Notes under the pieces: model-generated | What the model was told of the DNA's origin: nothing | The model's database searches: none | The model's input: the letters and a program-made list of their open reading frames with translations, nothing else | Translations under genes and position numbers: made by a program | Assembly: GCA_030390025.1 (NCBI GenBank) | Contig: CM059452.1 | Location: forward strand, 17,670,001 to 17,734,000 | Direction: 5' to 3' | Length of the DNA: 64,000 nt | Source of the DNA: Squalus acanthias | Taxonomy: Eukaryota | Part shown: one piece after another, positions 1 to 10,133 of the stretch | How positions within the stretch are numbered: the first letter of the stretch is position 1 | How the letters are laid out: every line of letters starts with the position of its first letter

Positions 1-641
1 CCATTCGCCAAACAATCCCACTGCCCCGCTCTCTTCTCCTAGCCCGGCTCCATTCCTAAACCAATCCCACTATCCCGTTCTCTCCTCCTAGCCCTGCTCC
101 ATTCCAAAACTAATCCCACTGCCCAGCACTCACCTCCTAGCCCTTCTCCATTCCTAAACCAATCCCACTGCCCTGCTCCATCCTCCTAGTCCTGCTCCAT
201 TCCTAAACCAATCCCACGGCCAAGCTCTCTACTCCTAGCCCTGCTCCATTCCTAAACCAATACCGCTACCCCGCTCTCTCCTCCTAGCCCTACTCCATTA
301 CTAAACCAATCCCACTGACCCGCTCACTCCTCCTAGCCCTTTTCCATTCCTAAACCAATCCCACTACCCGCTCTCTCCACCTAGCCCTTTTCCATTCCTA
401 AACCAATACCACTGCCCAGCTACCTCCTCCTAGCCCTGCTCCATTCCTAAACCAATCCCACTGACCCGCTCTCTCCTCCTAGCCCTTTTCCATTCCTAAA
501 CCAATCCCACTGCCCAGCTACCTCCTCCTAGCCCTGCTCCATTCCAAAACCTATCCCACTGCCCCGCTCTCTCCTCCTAGCCCTGCTCCATTGCCCAACA
601 AATCCCACTGCCCCATTCTCTCCTACTAGCCCTGCTCCATT
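1..641. repeat. 49-bp minisatellite, left part (continues off the window edge)
   Basis: Tandem unit ~CCCTGCTCCATTCCTAAACCAATCCCACTGCCCCGCTCTCTCCTCCTAG, about 13 copies, interrupted at ~641 by a LINE tail. Confidence 0.95.
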
Positions 642-878
642 AAGAACATAAGAACATAAGAAATAGGAGCAGGAGTAGGCCAATCGGCCCCTCGAGCCTT
701 CTCCGCCATTTAGTAAGATCATGGCTGATCTGATCCTAACCGCCAATCTACTATCTATCACAGAACCATATCCTGCATCTAACAGAATTGCACACACGAA
801 ATAGGAGCAGAATCAGGCTACACGGTCCCTGGGCCCGCTCCACTACCCACAGGGCCATGACCGGATCCGAACCTAGAC

Positions 879-3829
879 TCATGTCCAAATTCCTGCTCGC
901 TCCCCGTAAACCTTAATGCCCTTTACTTCTAGGAAACTGTCTATTTCTGTTTTAAATTTATTTAATGATGTAGATTCTACAGCTTTTTGTGGCAGCATAT
1001 TCCATGGACCTACCACCCTCTGAGTGAAGTAGTTCCTCCTCATCTCAGTTTTGAAAGAGCAGCCCCTTATTCTAAGACTATGTCCCCTAGTTCTAGTCTC
1101 ACCCGTCATCGGGAACATCCTCCCCGAATCCACCCGATCCAACCCCTTCACAATCTTATATATTTCAATAAGATCGCCTCTCATTCTTCTGAACTCCAAT
1201 GAGTAGAGTCCCAATCTACCCAACCTCTCCTCATATGACCACCCCCTCATCCCCGGGATTAACCGAGTGAACCTTTTTTGCACTGCCTCGAGAGCAAGGA
1301 TGTCTTTCCTTAAGTAAGGACACCAAAACTGTATGCAGTATTCCAGGTGCGGTCTCACCAATACCTTGTACAACTGAAGCAATACCTCCCTATTTTTATA
1401 TTCTATCCCCCTAGCAATGAAAGCCAACATTCCATTTGCCTTCTTAATCACTTGCTGCACCTGCATACTAACCTTTTGAGTTTCGTGCACCAGGACCCCC
1501 AGATCCCTTTGCACTTCAGTACTCTCCAGTTTCTTGCCATTAAGATAATAAATTGCTCTAGGATTTTTCCTGCCAAAGTGCATCACCTCACACTTTCCAG
1601 TGTTGTATTCCATCTGCCAAATCTCTGCCCACTTACTTAGCCTGTCTATGTCCCCTTGCAGGTTTTTTATGTCCTCCTCACTCACTACTTTCCCTCCCAT
1701 CTTTGTATCATCTGCAAATTTTGATATGTTACACTTGGTCCCTTCCTCCAAATCGTTAATATAGATTGTAAAGAGTTGGGGACCCAGCACTGACCCCTGT
1801 GGACACCACTAGTTACTGATTGCCAGTCTGAGAATGAACCATTTATCCCAACTCTTTGCTTTCTGTTAGATAGCCAATCCTCTATCCATGCCAGAATATT
1901 ACCCCCAATCCCGTGATTTTTTACCTTAAGCAATAATCTTTTGTGTGGCACCTTGTCAAATGCCTTTTGGAAGTCTAAATACACTACGTTCACTGGTTCC
2001 CCTTTATCCACTCTATATGTTACTTCCTCAAAGAACTCCAGCAAATTTGTCAAACATGACTTCCCCTTCGTAAAACCATGCTGACTTTGTCCTATTAAAT
2101 TATGATTATCCAAATGTCCTGTTACTGTTTCCTTAATAATGGACTCCAAAATTTTACCTACCACAGATGTTAGGCTAACCGGTCTATAGTTACCAGCCTT
2201 CTGTCGACTGCCCTTTTTAAATAAGGGTGTTGCATTAGCAGTTTTCCAGTCTGCCGGGACCTTAGCGGAATCCAGGGAGTTTTGAAAAATTATTACCAAT
2301 GCATCTACAATCCCTACCGCCACTTCCTTCAAGACTCTAGAATGTAAGCCATCAGGTCCAGGTGATTTATCCGCCTTGAGTCCCATTATTTTACCGAATA
2401 CCACTTCCTTAGTGATTTTGATCGTGTTTAGCTCCTCTCCCCCTATAGCCCCCTGTTTGTCCAGTGTTGGGATATTCTTAGTGTCCTCTACTGTAAAGAC
2501 TGATACAAAATATTCATTCAGTGTTTTTGCCATCTCCATATTTCCCACCATTAATTTCCCGGTCTCATCCTCTAAGGGACCAACATTTACTTTAGCCACC
2601 CTTTTTCTTTTTATATAACTGTAAAAACTCTTACTATCTGTTTTTATATTTTTTGCTAATTTACTTTCATAATCTATCTTCCCTTTCTTAATCAATCTTT
2701 TTGTTATTTTTTGCTGCCTTTTAAATTTTTCCCAATCTTCTGTCCTCCCACTAGATTTCGCTACCTTATATGCCCTTGTTTTTAGTCGAATACTATCCTT
2801 AATTTCTTTACTTAGCCACGGATGACTGTCCTTTCTTTTACACCCTTTTCTTTTCAGTGGAATATATATTTTTTGGAAGTTGTAAAATAATTCCTTGAAT
2901 GTACACCACTGATCATGTGTCGTCTTACCCTTTAATCTATTTTCCCAATCCACTCTACTCAATTCCGCTCGCATACCTTCATAATCTCCTTTATTCAAGC
3001 TTAGCACGCTTGTTTGAGATCCAACCTTCTCACCCTCTGATTGAATATGGAATTCAACCATGTTATGGTCACTCATTCCAAGGGGATCCTTTACTAGGAC
3101 ATTTTTAATTAATCCTGTCTCGTTACACAGGACCAGATCTAAGGTTGCTTGCCCCCTGGTCGGTTCAGTTACATACTGCTCAAGAAACCCATCCCTAATA
3201 CACTCAATGAACTCATCCTCAAGGCAGCCCTGCCCCATTTGATTTGTCCAATTAATATGATAGTTAAAATCCCCCATAATTATAGATGTTCCCTTATTAC
3301 ATGCCTCAACTATTTCCTGATTGATACTCCGTCCAACAGAGTTGCAACTGTTCGGAGGCCTATAGACTACGCCCACTAGTGTTTTTTTCCCCTTATTATT
3401 CCTTATCTCCACCCAAACTGTTTCATTATCATGATTTTTTGACCCAATATCATTACTCTGTATTACAGTGATTCCTTCCTTTATTAACATAGCCACCCCA
3501 CCTCCCCTTCCTTCCTGCCTGTCCTTCCTGATCGTTAAATAACCTGGTATGTTTAATTCCCAGGCATTGTCACCCTGCAGCCATGTTTCTGTAATGGCCA
3601 CAATATCATAACCATATGTAGTTATTTGAGCCATTAACTCGTCTATTTTGTTACGAATGCTACGTGCATTCAGATAGAGAACTTTCAAATATGCTTTGTG
3701 GCACTTAGTTCCTGCTTTTTCACTTTTTACCACTTTACCTTTTACTCCACACACTCTGTCCCTTCCTGCCACGCTCTGATTTGTGATTCCCCTACTGCTA
3801 CCTATGTCTATGACCCTCTCTGTTGTCAT
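879..3829 (-). pseudogene. CR1 ORF2 (APE endonuclease + reverse transcriptase) with a single 1-bp frameshift near 1802
   Basis: ORFs 1685-3829 and 879-1790 carry LNARS, ITETW, GDFN, SDH, YRPVSL, QHGF, DFQKAFD and FADD. The copy at ~7115 reads GTGGAACACC where this one reads GTGGACACC. Confidence 0.93.
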
Positions 3830-3867
3830 TTTTATTTTTTGCTCTCTTGAAACCTCCCCCCCACTAA

Positions 3868-4824
3868 TTAGTTTAAAGCCCTCTCCACAGCCCTAGTTAT
3901 TCGATTCGCCAGGACACTAGTCCCAGCACTGGCCAAGTGAAGTCCGTCCCAACGGAACAGCTCTCTCCTGCCCCAGTACTGGTGCCAGTGTCCCAAGAAG
4001 CAAAACCCATTTTTCCCACACCAGTCTTTGAGCCACGCATTCAACTCCCTGATTTTATTTACCCTAGCCAAATTTGCTCGTGGCTCAGGTAGTAATCCAG
4101 AGATTATTACCCTCGAGGTTCTGCTTTTTAATTTGGCCCCTAGCTGCTCAAACTCCCTCAGCAGAACCTCTTTCCTTGTCCTATCTATGTCATTGGTACC
4201 AACATGGACCACGACAACTGGATCCTCCCCCTCCCACTCCAAGTTTCTCTCCAGCCCAGAGGAGATGTCCTTAACCCTGGCACCGGGCAGGCAACACAGC
4301 CTTCGGGACTCTCGCTCTTGGCTGCAAAGAACCCTATCTATCCCCCTAATGATACTATCCCCTACCACTACAACATTTCTTTTTACTCCCCCCACTTGAA
4401 TGGCCCCCCTTACCACGGTGCTGTGGCCAGGTTGCTCATCCTCCCTGCAGTCCCCGCTCCTATCCACACAGGGAGTAAGAGCCTCGAACCTGTTGGACAA
4501 GAGCAAGGGCTGCGGCTCCTCCAACACTACCTCCTGGATCCCTGTACTTGCCTCACTCGTAGTCACACCTTCCTGTCCCTGACCACGGGCTACTTCTGAA
4601 TTAGTTACTCTAATTGGTGTGACTACCTCCTGAAACAAGGAGTCCAGGTAACTCTCCCCCTCCCTGATGTGTCACAGTGTTTGAAGCTCGGACTCCAGCT
4701 CATCAACACGGAGCCAGAGTTCCTCGAGCAGCCAACACTTACTGCAAATGTGTTCACCGTGAACATCAATGGTGTCCACCAGCTCCCACATATTTCAGCA
4801 GTAACACATCACCTGCTCTCCCAT
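3868..4824 (-). pseudogene. CR1 ORF1 (Cys-rich N-terminus + SGNH esterase), 319 codons with two in-frame TGA stops
   Basis: ATG at 4822-4824 is in frame with the 3868-4638 ORF (GDSI, HVGTND, DGLH motifs). TGA at 4795-4797 and 4672-4674 is consistent with CGA>TGA decay. Confidence 0.85.
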
Positions 4825-5188
4825 TCTACGTAATTAATTAAAAATTTATTATTTACCCTTCAGTTAATTTATGCCAGCAGTCTCCGCTACACCACAGATA
4901 CCCGAGAAAATATAAACTATGGAATTGAAGTTTTGTATAAAAAAAAGAGAATTACTCACCAACCAATCACTTACCTGCTTTCTGGTGACGTCACACTTCG
5001 ATTTTATTTACCTCTCTCCTGCTCTCGGCTTGGTGAAAGCCTACCTGGTCGCTGCCGCCTTTTACCGCCGCCGTGTCGCCGCTGTTGCTCCACCCAGGTC
5101 CGCCGCCTCTGTGGCCCTACCTGGTCGCTGCCGCCTTTTACCGCCGCCGCCTCGCCGCTGTTACTCCACCCAGATCCGCCGCCTCTGT

Positions 5189-6236
5189 CTCATTCTTAAA
5201 CTAATCCCACTGCCCCGCTCTCTCCTCCTAGCCCTGCTCCCTTCCTATACCAATCCCACTGCCCCGCTCTCTCCTCCTAGCCCTGCTGCATTCCTAATCC
5301 AATCCCACTGCCCCGCTCTCTCCTCCTAGCCCTGCTCCATTCCTAAACCAATCCCACTGCCCTGCTCTCTCCTCCTAGCCCTGTTCCATTCCTAAACCAG
5401 TCCCACTGCCTCGCTCTCTCGACATAGCCCTGCTCCATTCCTAAACCAATCCCATTGGCCCGCTCTCTCCTCCTAGCCCTGCTCCATTCCTAAATCAATC
5501 CCAGTGCCCCGCTCTCTCCTCAGAGCCCTACTCCATTCCCCAACCAATCCCACTTCCCCGCTCTCTCCTCCTAGCCCTGCTCCATTCCCAAACCAATTCG
5601 ACTGCCCCACTCTCTCCTCCTAGCCCTGCTCCATTCCTAAACCAATCCCAGTACCCCGCTTTCTTGATAGCGCTGCAAATATCCCATCCTGATCCCACCG
5701 CCCTTCTCTCTCTCCCCATAGCCCAGTAGGATTTTTGAAATTAACCTCACTGCGTTAATCTCTCGCCATTGCCCTGTATCAAGTCAGCACGAATCGCACT
5801 GCCCACTCTCTCCCTGTATCGCGGCATCAATCCTCAATTAATACCACTGACCAGCTCCCGCCCCATAGTCTTTGTCAATCTAAAACCAATCCCACTGCTA
5901 TGCCTTTTCCATAGCCCTCTTTCAATCCAAAACTAAGCCCATTGCCTCTTTCTCTCCCAATGCTGTAATCCAATACTAATACCACAGCCACGCTCTTCCC
6001 CCATGGTCTTGTCTCAATCTAAATCGAATTCTACTACCCGCTATCTCCCCCATAGCCCTGCTGCATTCTTAAACGATTCCCATTATGTCGCTATCCCCAT
6101 AGCCCTGTAAAGATCCCAAAATAATCCCACTTTCCGCTGTCTCCATTGTCATGCATCAATCGAAATTAATTCCATTGCCTCACTCTCTCACTATTACCCT
6201 CTATCAAACCCAAACTTCTCCCAATGACCCGCTTTC
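5189..6236. repeat. 49-bp minisatellite, right part; homogeneous to ~5660, degenerate beyond
   Basis: Same unit (period 49, e.g. 5281 to 5330). Distal units keep CCCCATAGCCC/AATCCCACT cores. Confidence 0.9.
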
Positions 6237-7740
6237 TTTTACTTCTAGGAAACTGTCTATTTCTGTTTTAAATTTAATTAATGTTGTAGCTTCTACAGCT
6301 TTTTGTGGCAGCATATTCCATGGACCTACCACCCTCTGAGTGAAGTAGTTCCTCCTCATCTCAGTTTTGAAAGAGCAGCCCCTTATTCTAAGACTATGTC
6401 CCCTGGTTCTCGTCTCACCCGTCATCGGGAACATCCTCCCCGCATCCACCCGATCCAACCCCTTCACAATCTTATATGTTTCAATAAGATCGCCTCTCAT
6501 TCTTCTGAACTCCAATGAGTAGAGTCCCAATCTACCCAACCTCTCCTCATATGACCACCCCCTCATCCCCGGGATTAACCGAGTGAACCTTTTTTGCACT
6601 GCCTCGAGGGCAAGGATGTCTTTCCTTAAGTAAGGACACCAAAACTGTATGCAGTATTCCAGGTGCGGTCTCACTAATACCTTGTACAACTGAAGCAATA
6701 CCTCCCTATTTTTATATTCTATCCCCCTAGCAATGAAAGCCAACATTCCATTTGCCTTCTTAATCACTTGCTGCACCTGCATACTAACCTTTTGAGTTTC
6801 GTGCACCAGGACCCCCAGATCCCTTTGCACTTCAGTACTCTCCAGTTTCTTGCCATTAAGATAATAAATTGCTCTAGGATTTTTCCTGCCAAAGTGCATC
6901 ACCTCACACTTCCCAGTGTTGTATTCCATCTGCCAAATCTCTGCCCACTTACTTAGCCTGTCTATGTCCCCTTGCAGGTTTTTTATGTCCTCCTCACTCA
7001 CTACTTTCCCTCCCATCTTTGTATCATCTGCAAATTTTGATATGTTACACTTGGTCCCTTCCTCCAAATCGTTAATATAGATTGTGAAGAGTTGGGGACC
7101 CAGCACTGACCCCTGTGGAACACCACTAGTTACTGATTGCCAGTCTGAGAATGAACCATTTATCCCAACTCTTTGCTTTCTGTTAGATAGCCAATCCTCT
7201 ATCCATGCCAGAATATTACCCCCAATCCCGTGATTTTTTACCTTAAGCAATAATCTTTTGTGTGGCACCTTGTCAAATGCCTTTTGGAAGTCTAAATACA
7301 CTACGTCCACTGGTTCCCCTTTATCCACTCTATATGTTACTTCCTCAAAGAACTCCAGCAAATTTGTCAAACATGACTTCCCCTTCGTAAAACCATGCTG
7401 ACTTTGTCCTATTAAATTATGATTATCCAAATGTCCTGTTACTGTTTCCTTAATAATGGACTCCAAAATTTTACCTACCACAGATGTTAGGCTAACCGGC
7501 CTATAGTTACCAGCCTTCTGTCTACTGCCCTTTTTAAATAAGGGTGTTACATTAGCAGTTTTCCAGTCTGCCGGGACCTTAGCGGAATCCAGGGAGTTTT
7601 GAAAAATTATTACCAATGCATCTACAATCCCTACCGCCACTTCCTTCAAGACTCTAGGATGTAAGCCATCAGGTCCAGGTGATTTATCCGCCTTGAGTCC
7701 CATTATTTTACCGAGTACCACTTCCTTAGTGATTTTGATC
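6237..7740 (-). mobile_element. Internal RT fragment nearly identical to the CR1 at 921-2423, lacking both ends
   Basis: ORF 6204-7793 is an uninterrupted RT domain. The match begins at CTTTACTTCTAGG and ends at GTGATTTTGATC. Confidence 0.92.
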
Positions 7741-8057
7741 TCGCAGGCCTGTATCAATTCCGCACTAATTGCACGGCCCCACTTTCTCCTCATATTCCCG
7801 TATCAAAACCAAACTTATCCCACACACCCGTTCTTTTCCCAGGGATCCGAATCAATTCTGTATAGAGCCCATAACGATGCAGAGAATACTTGAAATCAAG
7901 GGGACTGGGATCGGTATAAAGAGCAACAAAGGAAGACATAACAGATGGTAAGAGCTGGAATAATGGGAGGAGGGAAAGAAACTTGCGAGGGTTAGCAAGA
8001 TGAGCAGAGAAATGTTTTACAATTATTTCAGAAGATAAATGGGGTGGTCAGGGTAGA

Positions 8058-9055
8058 ATAGAATCATAGAAGGACAGACTCTTACAGCACAATGAAGGCC
8101 GTGCTCCGCCTCACGCCTGCGCTGGCTCAGTGAAAGTGCTGTCTAATTTAATCCCACTTCCCAGCTTTTTACCCATAAACCTGCAAATTAGTCCTCTCCA
8201 AGTACAGGTCCAATTGCCTTTTAAATGTTCCCATGGAATCTGATTCCACCACCCTTTCAGGCAGTGCGTTCCAGATCTTAACAACCCTCTGTGTGAGGAC
8301 ATGTCTGCTCAGTTCTTTTGCCAATTATTTTAAATCTATGACCTTCGATTCCTGACCCACTAGACACAGGAAATAGTTTCTCCCATCTTGCTCTATCAAA
8401 AACCCTCATAATTTTGAATATCTCTATTATATCTCCTCTTAACCTCCAGTGGTTTAAGGAGAACAATCCCAGATTCTGCAATCTGTCCGCATAATTGAGC
8501 TTCCTCATCCATGGCAGAACCCTACTAAATCTCCTCTGTACCCTCTGCAGGGCCTTGGCATCCTTTCTATAGTGTGGGGTCCAGAGTTGTACACAATACG
8601 CCCGCTGATGACTAACCAGAGATTTCTAAAGGTTTAGGATGACTTCTTTTTTTTTAATCAAAGCCACTATTTACAAAGCCAATTATCCCTTACACTTTCT
8701 TAACCGCCTTGTCAACTTACCCTGCCACCTTCCCTCATTTGTCCCCCATTCCTGCAATCCGTCAAAACAGTATAATTTAGTTTATACTTCCTCTCTCGGT
8801 TGTTTCTCCTTAAGTGCACCACTTCACACTTTCAGCATTAAATTGCATCTGTCATGTGTCTGCTCATTTCATCAGTCGGTTTATGTCCTTCTGATGTCTG
8901 CTACTATCATGCTCACCATTTACTACGTTGCCAAGTTGTGTATCATCTGCAAGATTCCAAATTGTATTCGCTATATCAAAATCCAGTCCACTAATATATA
9001 ACAAGAAAAGCAGTGATCCCAATAACAACGCTTTGGGACCCCTCTGCACACTTCT
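8058..9055 (-). mobile_element. Old CR1 3' fragment
   Basis: Degenerate RT C-terminus (LADDTQLG, LGLFSL, RLRGD) and an ATAGAATC-type tail. Confidence 0.8.
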
Positions 9056-9355
9056 GTAAGATGTTAATGATCTCTGAGTTCTTGGACAAGATACCAATAG
9101 ACGGCAGCCTGTATGTTTGCGCAATAGATCAGAAGTTTATTAAGCTTACAATGTTATAGACTGAACAACAGGCGATAGATTAACGAGTAGCTCGCAGCCC
9201 TTGGTCTCTGGAACCTCTCGGACACAGATGACGTAGTCTTCAGTCTGTTCCTTTGTTCTCGCAGTAATGTCTGTGTAAAGTTGTTTATCGAGTATCAAGG
9301 TTTTAACCCATTTCTTATCAAAACTTGGTTTGGCCAGTTTCCATATATGGTCTTT
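9056..9355 (-). mobile_element. Putative LTR 3' portion (R/U5-like)
   Basis: Ends ...CTTACA on minus with AATAAA ~80 nt upstream (9136-9141); abruptly bounds a CR1 fragment. Confidence 0.35.
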
Positions 9356-9652
9356 CATAGAATCATAGAATCATAGAAGATAGGAGCAGGAGTAGGCCAT
9401 TCGGCCCCTCTAGCCTGCTCCGCCATTCAATGCGATCATGGCTGATCATCTAAATTCAGTACCCTGTCCCTGCTTTCAGCCCATATCCCTTGATCCCTTT
9501 AGCCTTAAGAAATATATCCAACTCCTTTTTGAATCTATTTTATGAATTGGCCTCTACTGCCTTCTGTGGCAGAGAATTCCACAGTTTCACCACTCTCTGG
9601 GTGAAGAAATTCCTCCACATTTCTGTCCTAAATGTCTTACCCCTTATCTTTG

Positions 9653-10133
9653 ATGTGGAGATGCCGGCGTTGGACTGGGGTGGACAAAAATGAGAAGTCG
9701 CACAACACCAGGTTATAGTCCAACAGATTTATTTAATTTTACAAGCTTTCGAAGCAGTTCGCTCCTTCGTCAGGTAAGTTAGCAATGAGAGAATCTCCCA
9801 GAATTCACAATTTAAACCCAGACAAAATCTATTCACATTATTCCCTACAACAAAGAGCACAGCCAAGACAATGAGATGTGTCCCAGGGGGTCCAACGTGT
9901 CAAACCAGCGTGGTTTGACACGTTGGACCCCCTGGGACACATCTCATTGTCTTGGCTGTGCTCTTTGTTGTAGGGAATAATGTGAATAGATTTTGTCTGG
10001 GTTTAAATTGTGAATTCTGGGAGATTCTCTCATTGCTAACTTACCTGACGAAGGAGCGAACTGCTTCGAAAGCTTGTAAAATTAAATAAATCTGTTGGAC
10101 TATAACCTGGTGTTGTGCGACTTCTCATTTTTG
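9653..10133. mobile_element. Penelope-like element remnant: perfect 223-bp inverted repeat with hammerhead-like cores
   Basis: Arms 9685-9907 and 9911-10133 checked block by block as exact reverse complements, loop GCG. CTGACGA-stem-GAAA at 10045-10071, then AATAAA. One arm has an extra 32-nt tail. Target duplication CCCTTAT(C/A)TTTG at 9641-9652 and 10134-10145. Confidence 0.8.
10045..10078 (+). ncRNA. Minimal hammerhead-ribozyme-like core (mirror copy on minus at ~9740-9773)
   Basis: CUGACGA, extra A, stem GGAGC/GCUUC with a 5-nt loop, GAAA, palindromic AAGCUU. Helix I and a canonical cleavage triplet were not identified. Confidence 0.55.

Larger units (their letters stand above)
642..5188 (-). 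mobile_element. Near full-length young CR1-type LINE inserted into the minisatellite
   Basis: GC-rich 5'UTR with an internal tandem repeat, ORF1 (Zn-finger/coiled coil/SGNH esterase), ORF2 (APE endonuclease + RT), 3' tail (TTCTTATG)n at 642-661. The satellite resumes on both sides. Confidence 0.95.

Noticed and set aside
1-6236. CRISPR array or Ig switch region interpretation of the 49-bp repeats
   Set aside because: Head-to-tail units with no unique spacers, a eukaryotic context, a position outside the J-C intron and no AGCT-rich motif.
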